Below, in pieces: positions 50,112 to 58,149 of a DNA stretch of 64,000 nt; the first letter of the stretch is position 1, and each line of letters begins with the position of its first letter. Position numbers and translations under genes: made by a program. The notes beneath the pieces were generated by a model. It saw only the letters and a program-made list of their open reading frames with translations, made no database searches and was not told where the DNA came from. The stretch is from Clostridia bacterium. GTDB lineage: Bacteria > Bacillota > Clostridia > Oscillospirales > CAG-272. The stretch is from positions 6,022 to 70,021 of the forward strand of contig JAFQDC010000007.1 in the NCBI GenBank assembly GCA_017416205.1. The letters run 5' to 3'.

Positions 50112-51010
50112 TATTTCTCCTTGAGCCTGTTTACCTTAAGTACAAAGCCTTCTGCGCTTCGCCTGAGTCCGACCGCGTGAGAAAACACGCCTGCATCAAA
50201 GAGCTTTTTCATATAGGGCTTATTCTTAACCTCCGTAAGGTCTCTGCCGTGTACTGTTGCTATAGTGGGAACTCCAGAGCCGTGGCTTTCGATTATTGCC
50301 TCGCTATCCTCACTTCTGCCTATTTCATCACACATTATTATCTGAGGAGAAAGAGTTCTGAGGGCGATCTCCATTCCCTTTGCTCTCGGATACCCTTGCA
50401 GCGCATCCATAGTCAAGTCACCGCTGAGGCTTTGACATATCTCAAATCTCGTATCAATAACGGCGATCCTTTTACAGTACGGCTTTGATGCCATTCGTGC
50501 AACTATCTCGCGAAGGGCTGTAGTCTTTCCCTCGCCCGGAGGAGAATAGATCAGAAGGCCTTGAAAATCCTCCTCCTGCATTATTTTGCAAATACCGTCT
50601 GACGCCCCAGGGATCCTATGAGGTATCCTTATGCAGATGCTTGTTATATCGGTAACGGACAATATGCGTCTCCCCTCCGTTACCGCTCTTCCGCACACAC
50701 CTGCTCTGATGCCGCCGTCTGTGCATATGTATCCTTCCTTAATGGTCTCGCTATGGGAATACAGGGAATTTCCGCAAAGGGAACGAACTGTATAAAGGAT
50801 ATCGTCTGCAGTGCATCTTATGGGAGTCAATATACTTTTCGCACCTGCGGTGACAGAAAGAGATGCCCCCGACCTGAGTCTTATCTCAGATATATTTCCT
50901 CTGTACAGACCTCCGCTTCGCCTTACTGCCTCCCCAAGATGATGAGGCAGAAAGCTAAGCGCCGATTCCTCAAAATATGTATTTTTTCTTTCCATGCCGT
51001 GTCCTTTCAT
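50111..51010 (-). CDS. spoIIIAA: stage III sporulation protein AA (secretion-type ATPase)
   Basis: Walker A SPPGEGKTT, Walker B IIMCDEIG. First gene of the operon. The start may be 51010 or 50995. Confidence 0.85.
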   Translation of the reverse strand: MKGHGMERKNTYFEESALSFLPHHLGEAVRRSGGLYRGNISEIRLRSGASLSVTAGAKSILTPIRCTADDILYTVRSLCGNSLYSHSETIKEGYICTDGGIRAGVCGRAVTEGRRILSVTDITSICIRIPHRIPGASDGICKIMQEEDFQGLLIYSPPGEGKTTALREIVARMASKPYCKRIAVIDTRFEICQSLSGDLTMDALQGYPRAKGMEIALRTLSPQIIMCDEIGRSEDSEAIIESHGSGVPTIATVHGRDLTEVKNKPYMKKLFDAGVFSHAVGLRRSAEGFVLKVNRLKEK

Positions 51011-51077
51011 TTACCTTCTGTGATACCTGATCACTTACAGTAATGTATACTCGGACAAAGATAAATGTATTCCGAAA

Positions 51078-52160
51078 CTATAATCTGTCGCTTATATTTT
51101 TTTCAAGAGCCTTTCCTGCTATATCCAAAGCATCAAAATCCATTGCACTCTTATATATATCTTCAAGAAGAAAATGAGCTTTTCCCGCGTCTTCAAGACT
51201 TTCAAGCGCGCCCTCAAGCATTCCGACAAGACATCTTGATGAAAAAAGTCGCTTTTGCTTTACCTCTTGCGCTTTTTTGGTGTTTGCAAATCTTGCAAGA
51301 TTTACACACTTGTAAAACTCCTTATCATTTCTGAAGGGCACAAAGGAACAGCGTTCTGACGGAATATGTATTTCGCATATGCCAAACACGGGAGATACAG
51401 AGACTTCAACAGTCAACCCTCTTTTCAAAAGCTCTGTTTTCAGCAGTTCAAAAAATATCGGAGATAAAAACGAATAGTCGCGCACTCCAAAAAGAGTCTT
51501 TTCATTTTCAAATGAAGATAAACGGAATGCGCCCTTCATAGATATGCACTGAGTACGCCGAAAGAGTACTTCACCGCTATCGTTTTTTGAAACAAAGCCG
51601 TCACATAGGCGGTTTATTGCCTTTTCCATTTTATCTTTCATTAATACGGTATCGGCTAAACGCTGCTGCATACGGAACAACTCTCCCGCCGCTGAAAGAT
51701 ATCGGTACGCTCTTTCATAAGACGCGGACTTATTCTTTGAATACAGTATTATCTCTTCTCTTCTTTTTTCAAGCTGAGCCGAATCCCAGAATTCTCCGCA
51801 ATCTACTATTTCACTGCAAGCACCCGGATATTTTCTGTCTGTCACGTGAGGAGCCGTAGAATCAATCACAGCTATTTTTTTGTTGCCTTTTTCTATTATG
51901 ACTCCGTCGAGAGAATCCGGGTCTGACGAGCATTTTATATACGTAAGACAAGCGCCTTTTTCGGCGCACGCCGTTGCGCACCTGCCAATTAGTGTGCTTT
52001 TTCCTGTTCCTGCCCCGCCCTTTACCATATATATCTTATCAAAGCTCTCCTCTGAAAATAGCTTATCATAATCACCTTCAAACCCTCGCGGTGTATTGGC
52101 ACCTGCAAAAAAAGTGTTTTTCACCGTAATATCTTCAAAATGGTCTGAATAATTAAGCAT
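51078..52160 (-). CDS. P-loop NTPase of unknown function
   Basis: Walker A GGAGTGKST. 360 aa. Sits between spoIIIAA and the divergent spoIIGA. Confidence 0.65.
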   Translation of the reverse strand: MLNYSDHFEDITVKNTFFAGANTPRGFEGDYDKLFSEESFDKIYMVKGGAGTGKSTLIGRCATACAEKGACLTYIKCSSDPDSLDGVIIEKGNKKIAVIDSTAPHVTDRKYPGACSEIVDCGEFWDSAQLEKRREEIILYSKNKSASYERAYRYLSAAGELFRMQQRLADTVLMKDKMEKAINRLCDGFVSKNDSGEVLFRRTQCISMKGAFRLSSFENEKTLFGVRDYSFLSPIFFELLKTELLKRGLTVEVSVSPVFGICEIHIPSERCSFVPFRNDKEFYKCVNLARFANTKKAQEVKQKRLFSSRCLVGMLEGALESLEDAGKAHFLLEDIYKSAMDFDALDIAGKALEKNISDRL

Positions 52161-52288
52161 ATCGTTTCTTCCTTTCTGTTTTTAGCATTATATGCTTGCA
52201 AATAATTTTTGCCATTGCCAAGGATTACCTCAAACACCGACAAAAAGCATCCCTTTCTCAGAGTATAATCTCAATATTGAAAGCTGAG

Positions 52289-53137
52289 GTGATTTCAATT
52301 ACTACCACTGTATATGCTGACGTTCTGTTCTTTGTGAATTTCAGTATGGATTACATAACCCTATGGCTGTGTGCACTTCTGACGTCTTCAGAGCGGCGTG
52401 CCTTGCGGCTCAGTATGGGTTCGGCCATTGGTGCTCTATATGCCGTATTATCTCTGTTTCTGAATCTGTCTCCGTTTTTTTCTTACATATGCGCGGGAGC
52501 TGTCAGCATTCTTATGTGTATTGCGGCATTTGGTGTAGGCACGGGCGTTTTCGGACTGATTCGGCAAAGCGCACTTATCTGGGGATGCTCCGCAATGCTT
52601 GGCGGTATAATGACAGCTCTACTGTCACTTGGCAGCCAAAGCCACGTTATATCGCCTGGCGGGGGGCCTTTATCGTTGATACTTGCCTCAGGCGTTATAT
52701 TGGTATACGGAATAACGCGCGCCATCCGTCATTCAAAGAACAGAAGAACAGTAACTCTGAAAGCTCAGTGGGAAGATAAAAAAATTGAGTTTTCAGCTCT
52801 TTGCGACAGCGGAAACCTATTGCGGGATCCAATTAGCGGTGACTGCGTCGTTCCCGTTTCAAGGCACGTTATAGACGAGCTTTGCGGAAAGGAGCTATGC
52901 TCAGCACTTCTTACAATGGACACAGCATTTATAGAATCAAAAGGTATATCTCTGCGCTTGATCCCCCACAGGGATCTAAGAACAACGGGTATCCTCTGCG
53001 GCTTTTTACCGGAACGTTTATCCGTTTTAAAAAACAAAAAAGAAAAAAGCATTCGGTGCATTCTTGCACCGCTGGAATGCTCAAAGGACTATTTTTCAAG
53101 CTGTGCCGCAAGCATACATCCATCACTCATACCGTAA
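52289..53137 (+). CDS. spoIIGA: sigma-E processing peptidase SpoIIGA
   Basis: VYADVLFFVNF aligns with the B. subtilis N-terminus IYLDVIWLLNF. Five TM spans. Aspartic protease motif LCDSGNLLRDP. The start is uncertain (GTG 52289 or TTG 52277, both in frame). Confidence 0.8.
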   Translation: MISITTTVYADVLFFVNFSMDYITLWLCALLTSSERRALRLSMGSAIGALYAVLSLFLNLSPFFSYICAGAVSILMCIAAFGVGTGVFGLIRQSALIWGCSAMLGGIMTALLSLGSQSHVISPGGGPLSLILASGVILVYGITRAIRHSKNRRTVTLKAQWEDKKIEFSALCDSGNLLRDPISGDCVVPVSRHVIDELCGKELCSALLTMDTAFIESKGISLRLIPHRDLRTTGILCGFLPERLSVLKNKKEKSIRCILAPLECSKDYFSSCAASIHPSLIP

Positions 53138-53146
53138 GGAGGAACA

Positions 53147-53875
53147 ATGAAAAGCATTAAAGGAAAGATCACAAACGTATGGCAAAAGCTCAAGCTCATT
53201 GCCGCCCGCCTTGCGCAGGGTGAATGCGACGGAGATTTTTACATAAACGGCCCCGATGCCCTGCCTCCTCCCCTATCAGCAGAGGAGGAAAAGCAGGCAA
53301 TCGACAGGCTTGACAGCGACAGCGGTGCACGAAAGCTGCTGATCGAGCACAATCTCAGGCTCGTTGTTTACATTTCGCGCAAGTTTGAGAGCACGGGAAC
53401 GGGGATCGAGGATCTTATATCCATCGGAACGATAGGTCTGATAAAGGCAATCAACACCTACCGCGGAGACAAAAATATTAAGCTTGCTACCTATGCGTCC
53501 CGCTGCATTGAAAATGAAATTCTTATGTACATAAGAAAAAACTCCTCACACAGAGGAGACATTTCTATAGACGAGCCCTTAAATACAGACTGGGACGGCA
53601 ACGAGCTTCTCCTTTCCGACGTTCTGGGAAGTGATGCCGATTCCGTCAGTCACAGTCTTGAAAAGGATGAGGACGAGCGTGCACTACGGGCCGCAGTTGC
53701 AACCCTTGGAGAAAGAGAGCGCACTATTATCAGTCTGCGTTACGGTCTTGACGGCTCAAAGGAAAAGACTCAGAAGGAGGTTGCAGATATGCTTGGTATA
53801 TCTCAATCCTACATTTCAAGACTTGAAAAACGCATAATATTAAGGCTCAAAGATGCAATTGGCTCCAAGATATAG
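53147..53875 (+). CDS. sigE: sporulation sigma factor SigE (pro-sigma-E)
   Basis: Collinear with B. subtilis SigE (YINGPDALPPPLS, LIEHNLRLVVYISRKFE, KLATYASRCIENEILMY, ISQSYISRLEKRII). Confidence 0.93.
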   Translation: MKSIKGKITNVWQKLKLIAARLAQGECDGDFYINGPDALPPPLSAEEEKQAIDRLDSDSGARKLLIEHNLRLVVYISRKFESTGTGIEDLISIGTIGLIKAINTYRGDKNIKLATYASRCIENEILMYIRKNSSHRGDISIDEPLNTDWDGNELLLSDVLGSDADSVSHSLEKDEDERALRAAVATLGERERTIISLRYGLDGSKEKTQKEVADMLGISQSYISRLEKRIILRLKDAIGSKI

Positions 53876-53925
53876 TATATTTTCGGGTTTTCGGTCAAAA
53901 TATCGAAACTTTTTTCCAAATGCTA

Positions 53926-53954
53926 TTGACTTACAAATTCTTTTGTGTTAAAAT
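53926..53954 (+). promoter_or_regulatory. sigma-A type promoter of rpmE
   Basis: TTGACT (53926-53931), 17-bp spacer ending in TGT, TAAAAT (53949-53954). Confidence 0.5.
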
Positions 53955-53993
53955 TCTTTGTACTGTAAAAATAACCTCAAGGAGAATAATAAA

Positions 53994-54212
53994 ATGAAGA
54001 CAGGAATTCATCCCGATTATAAAGAAGTAACTATCCGTTGCGCTTGCGGCGAGACAGTTGTTACTCGCTCTACCAAGGGTGATGCTAACGGTGAGATCCG
54101 TGTTGAAGTTTGCTCTAAGTGCCATCCCTTCTTCACCGGCAAGCAGAAGTTTGTTGATGCAGGCGGAAGAGTTGACAAGTTCAAGAAGCGTCTTGAAGCT
54201 GCAAACAGATAA
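53994..54212 (+). CDS. rpmE: 50S ribosomal protein L31 (Cys-containing, zinc-binding type)
   Basis: [18 protein letters not shown]..., CACG and [10 protein letters not shown] motifs. Confidence 0.95.
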   Translation: MKTGIHPDYKEVTIRCACGETVVTRSTKGDANGEIRVEVCSKCHPFFTGKQKFVDAGGRVDKFKKRLEAANR

Positions 54213-54230
54213 CTTGTATTCTGACCGAAT

Positions 54231-54268
54231 CCGGGTAAGAACGGGAAGCCGTTCTTATCCGGTTTTTT
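54231..54268 (+). terminator. rho-independent terminator of rpmE
   Basis: CCGGGTAAGAACGG / GAAG / CCGTTCTTATCCGG (14 bp, one G-U) followed by TTTTTT. Confidence 0.8.
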
Positions 54269-54287
54269 CATTGAAATTCGAGGTATT

Positions 54288-55673
54288 ATGGAAGACAATA
54301 AAAATTACGAGGGACTTCCCTTTTATATTGAAGTGACAGAACTTCCCGCTACAGAAGAAGAGGAGATCACTCCCACGCGGGAAAAGATGCACGAGATAAT
54401 TCAGGATAACGTGAACCGCAAGGCCATCACCGTTTCCATATACAAAAAAGGTGATGAGGGTATCTGTCTTACGGGTCTTGAAGAGCTGAGACGCCTTCTT
54501 GATACTGCGGGCTGCACCGTCTCTGCAATAATCACACAGATGCGTGATGCGCCCGACAGCCGCTACGGTATAGGATCGGGAAAGCTACAAGAGCTTTCCG
54601 ATGCCTGCAGGAACACAGGAGCTGAGCTTGTTGTATTTGACTTTGAGCTTTCTCCTTCACAGATAAAGTCTGTTGAGGATGCTATCGACTGCCCCGTTTC
54701 CGTTCTTGACCGCAGTATGCTTATTCTTGATATCTTCGCCTCCCGCGCCCAGAGCGCAGAGGGTAGACTTCAGGTAGAGCTTGCTCAGCTTAAGTATACG
54801 GCTCCCCGTCTTATGGGCAAGGGCCGAGATATGTCACGTCTCGGAGGCGGTATCGGCACCCGAGGCCCGGGTGAAACAAAGCTTGAGATCGACCGCAGAC
54901 GCTTAAAGACCCGTGTAGCTCAGCTTGAGGAAGAGATCCGCAAGATCGAAAAGAATAGAAATACCATCCGTCAGTCCAGAGACCGCAGCGGCATTACAAA
55001 ATGCGCTATCGTTGGCTACACCAATGCGGGGAAATCCACCCTTCTCAACCGACTGACAGATGCGGGCATATTTGCAGAGGACAAGCTTTTTGCGACCCTT
55101 GACCCTACGACAAGGCAGTATTCACTGCCCTCGGGAGAAAAAATACTTCTTACGGACACCGTAGGATTTATCAAGAATCTGCCCCACCACCTTATAAAGG
55201 CATTTAAGAGCACTCTTGATGAGGCAGTGTATGCAGATATACTTCTAATTGTTGTTGACGCCTCAGACGGAGAGTTTGCCTCAGAGCTTGAGGTTACGGA
55301 GGATCTTCTCCGAGATCTCGGTGCTACGGGCAAGCCTACTCTTTATATATTCAACAAGTGCGACAGGATCGAAAGCTCGGAAAGGCTTCTCGACATGAAG
55401 AGAATTGCTCAGACGTCAGGTGCAAAATTTGCATTTATTTCCGCCGCAACAGGCGAGGGGATCGACGATTTTATCACGATCCTTGAAGAAATGTGCTCTG
55501 CGGGAAAGAAGACCGTTACCCTTTCCCTGCCTCAGTCAGAGGGTGCACTTCTCGGTCTTATATACAAGGACGGAGAAAACGTTGAGGTTGAGTATACTGC
55601 CGACGGAATTGACGTTACCGTTACCTGTGATGAAAAGCTTTTGGGAAAGCTCAAAAGGTTTATAAAGGAATAA
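54288..55673 (+). CDS. hflX: GTPase HflX
   Basis: LILDIFA.RA.S.EG.LQVELAQL, GPGETKLE.DRR and G1 GYTNAGKSTL. 461 aa. Confidence 0.9.
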   Translation: MEDNKNYEGLPFYIEVTELPATEEEEITPTREKMHEIIQDNVNRKAITVSIYKKGDEGICLTGLEELRRLLDTAGCTVSAIITQMRDAPDSRYGIGSGKLQELSDACRNTGAELVVFDFELSPSQIKSVEDAIDCPVSVLDRSMLILDIFASRAQSAEGRLQVELAQLKYTAPRLMGKGRDMSRLGGGIGTRGPGETKLEIDRRRLKTRVAQLEEEIRKIEKNRNTIRQSRDRSGITKCAIVGYTNAGKSTLLNRLTDAGIFAEDKLFATLDPTTRQYSLPSGEKILLTDTVGFIKNLPHHLIKAFKSTLDEAVYADILLIVVDASDGEFASELEVTEDLLRDLGATGKPTLYIFNKCDRIESSERLLDMKRIAQTSGAKFAFISAATGEGIDDFITILEEMCSAGKKTVTLSLPQSEGALLGLIYKDGENVEVEYTADGIDVTVTCDEKLLGKLKRFIKE

Positions 55674-55703
55674 TATTTTTAAATTAAGTTAGGAGGTTTG
55701 CAG

Positions 55704-56576
55704 GTGAATATTACATGGTCAAAATACGTACAAGGAACAAAAACATTGTATTATACTCGCAAGCTACGTTTCGACGATATTTTTTCAGACCAATATAAAA
55801 AGCTTTTCGAATTAAACGAAAACAAACCTCTTAAAATTCTTGAAATAGGTTGCGGACCCGGAGCACTGGCAGGAGCTTTGCACCGCTGGTATCCTAATGC
55901 TGAAATCACAGGAATCGACCGCGACTCAGAATTTATCCGATTTGCTAAAGAGCATGAACCCGGCATTACATTCACTGAAGGAGATGCTACATCTCTTCCG
56001 TTTGATAACAATACTTTTGATGTTACTATATCAAATACAGTTGCCGAACACATTGAGCCCTCAAAATTTTACAGTGAACAGCTCAGGGTTTTAAAGCCAG
56101 CAGGAATATGCCTTGTTCTTTCTTCGAGAAGAGGAATTAATATCAATCCAAGTTGTATTACATTTAACGAATTTGAGCAACAGTTTTGGAATAAAGCGGC
56201 TCAGCATGATGATTCAACTGATAGGTTTTCAGTATGTAAATATCCTATGAGTGAATCAGAAATGCCTGTTTCAATGGCAAAGCACGGTTTTTCTAATATC
56301 AGCACCGGTTTTGCGACTATTGACTTAACACCGGATAATCCCAAATATCCAACTTCGTTAGCACTAGATATGATAAATGCTAATAGGTATACTGCGTTAG
56401 ATGGAATCGAATCTGTTTTATGTACAATGCCCGAGCATTTTACTACTCAAGAAGTAGAAGAAATGAGCCGACTTACAAATATAAAGTATGATACTCGTAT
56501 AGAGCAGCGCAAAAGCGGAGAAAAACAATGGGATACCAATGTATCAATTATTATGGTACTTAGAGGTATCAAGTAA
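55704..56576 (+). CDS. class I SAM-dependent methyltransferase
   Basis: AGGAGG at 55691-55696, then GTG 55704. Motif I ILEIGCGPGALA, plus DATSLPF. Confidence 0.75.
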   Translation: MNITWSKYVQGTKTLYYTRKLRFDDIFSDQYKKLFELNENKPLKILEIGCGPGALAGALHRWYPNAEITGIDRDSEFIRFAKEHEPGITFTEGDATSLPFDNNTFDVTISNTVAEHIEPSKFYSEQLRVLKPAGICLVLSSRRGININPSCITFNEFEQQFWNKAAQHDDSTDRFSVCKYPMSESEMPVSMAKHGFSNISTGFATIDLTPDNPKYPTSLALDMINANRYTALDGIESVLCTMPEHFTTQEVEEMSRLTNIKYDTRIEQRKSGEKQWDTNVSIIMVLRGIK

Positions 56577-56587
56577 TAGAGGAATAA

Positions 56588-57229
56588 ATGGACAACGAAA
56601 AAAGAGTGACTCTTGCCTCTGTGGGCGAGATCGAATACGAAGAGAAAAAGTCAATATTTATCGGCTATGCCGCTCCGGTCAGAACAGAAGATGAGGCAAA
56701 GGCTATCGTTGAAGAAAAAAAGCGCGAATACAGCGATGCCACTCACAACGTATGGGCGTACTACATCGACAACGGAGCAAGAGCCCGTTATTCCGATGAC
56801 GGTGAGCCTCAGGGCACTGCCGGTATGCCTGTTCTGAACGTTCTCAAAATGTCGGGCGCTACGGATATGTGCGTAGTTGTCACCCGTTATTTCGGCGGAA
56901 CGCTTCTCGGCGCAGGAGGACTTGTCCGTGCATATTCCGCTGCCGCAAAGCAGGCTATTGACGCTGCGGGAATCGCCGTCAGCGAATCCTTCGGCATCTA
57001 TTCTCTTTCCTGCTCATACTCCGAGTATCAGCGACTCACGGTTCAGCTTCGTGCTATGGACGTTTGCGAGGATGATACGGAATTCGGTGAGGGAGTTACG
57101 GTTACCGCCGCCATTGAAGCTGACCGCGGGGAGGAGCTTGTGAACCTTATGCGCGAGATCACAAACGGCAAAGGAACCTGTACTCTTCTCAGAACGGAAG
57201 AGAGAGCGAGTAAGAGGTTTAGTAAATAA
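56588..57229 (+). CDS. yigZ: YigZ/IMPACT-family protein
   Basis: KKS.FIGY..PV..E.EA, THNVWAY and DDGEP.GTAG.P.L blocks. Confidence 0.8.
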   Translation: MDNEKRVTLASVGEIEYEEKKSIFIGYAAPVRTEDEAKAIVEEKKREYSDATHNVWAYYIDNGARARYSDDGEPQGTAGMPVLNVLKMSGATDMCVVVTRYFGGTLLGAGGLVRAYSAAAKQAIDAAGIAVSESFGIYSLSCSYSEYQRLTVQLRAMDVCEDDTEFGEGVTVTAAIEADRGEELVNLMREITNGKGTCTLLRTEERASKRFSK

Positions 57230-57973
57230 ATGAATACCATTTCTTACAACAAAGCAATTGATATAACTCATGAATTTGCAAGCGAGATAGTGTCTGTTTT
57301 CAACGACAAAATAATTGCCGTATTCGCAATAGGCTCTCTCGGTTCGGATTATTACCGCCCCGGACAGAGTGATATAGATACTGCCGTAATCGTTGACGTG
57401 CCTCGCAACGAAATTTGGGATATAAAAAATTACATACGTTCCGTTGCTGACAAATATTTCGAAAAATATAATGTTCCCAAGGGTTTCGGCGCAATCGTGT
57501 TTTCCAAGGACCAGCTCTACCCGCCATACATAAAAAACGAAGAATTGATTTTGGAGATCTTGCGGCTGAAAACACAATCAAAGATCGTATATGGATCTTT
57601 CAATCTTAACGATATTCCGTTTCCCGAAATAGATGCGATCATTGAAGATGCTCGTGCATTTGAAGAATGGGCTGATAGTATGAGAAAGAATGATCCCTAC
57701 TTTAAGATCAACGACACTGTATCTCTTGTTAATTCGACACTTATGATACTTAGACGCTATCTTTTAATTAAGTGCGGAATATGTGAATTCAACAAATTCA
57801 AAACGATAAGTTTATACTTAAGTGAGAACCCGCCCATAATATTTAACGAATTGTTTGATTATGTTGAAAAATATATCCGAGACGAAAGTTGTCCTCTATG
57901 CAAAAGCTCATTTCAAAACCTCATTGAGCAGCATGATACGCTGTACAAACATATCAATAATATATGCCTATAA
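57230..57973 (+). CDS. nucleotidyltransferase-fold protein (AadA/ANT-like layout, function unproven)
   Basis: The ATG directly follows the yigZ stop. GS-x10-SDIDTAVIV minimal NTase motif, followed by a helical C-terminal domain. Confidence 0.65.
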   Translation: MNTISYNKAIDITHEFASEIVSVFNDKIIAVFAIGSLGSDYYRPGQSDIDTAVIVDVPRNEIWDIKNYIRSVADKYFEKYNVPKGFGAIVFSKDQLYPPYIKNEELILEILRLKTQSKIVYGSFNLNDIPFPEIDAIIEDARAFEEWADSMRKNDPYFKINDTVSLVNSTLMILRRYLLIKCGICEFNKFKTISLYLSENPPIIFNELFDYVEKYIRDESCPLCKSSFQNLIEQHDTLYKHINNICL

Positions 57974-57974
57974 A

Positions 57975-58008
57975 AAAGCTGTTGCAGATTAATGCAACAG
58001 CTTCTTTT
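57975..58008 (+). terminator. rho-independent terminator
   Basis: AAAGCTGTTGCA / GATTAA / TGCAACAGCTT followed by CTTTT. Confidence 0.7.
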
Positions 58009-58108
58009 GTATCAAGAATATAATTATGGTTCGCTACAGCTACATTTGGGCATTTCGTCAATTTGTAGCCATATGCTATCATTATTCGTTTATATTGCCT
58101 TCTACATA

Positions 58109-58139
58109 AAACGAGCTGTTGCGACGCAACAGCTCGTTT
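58109..58139 (-). terminator. rho-independent terminator of the dockerin esterase gene
   Basis: AAACGAGCTGTTGC / GAC / GCAACAGCTCGTTT (14-bp stem). TTTTATG follows on the minus strand. Confidence 0.7.
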
Positions 58140-58149
58140 CTTTATTTGA

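Noticed and set aside
52241-52269. TATAAT at 52264-52269 and a CGACA element (caccgacaaa, 52245-52254) as a Spo0A-dependent spoIIG promoter.
   Set aside because: No acceptable -35. The 0A-box match is only 5 of 7. The implied transcription start would leave almost no leader before the candidate start codons. Too weak to annotate.
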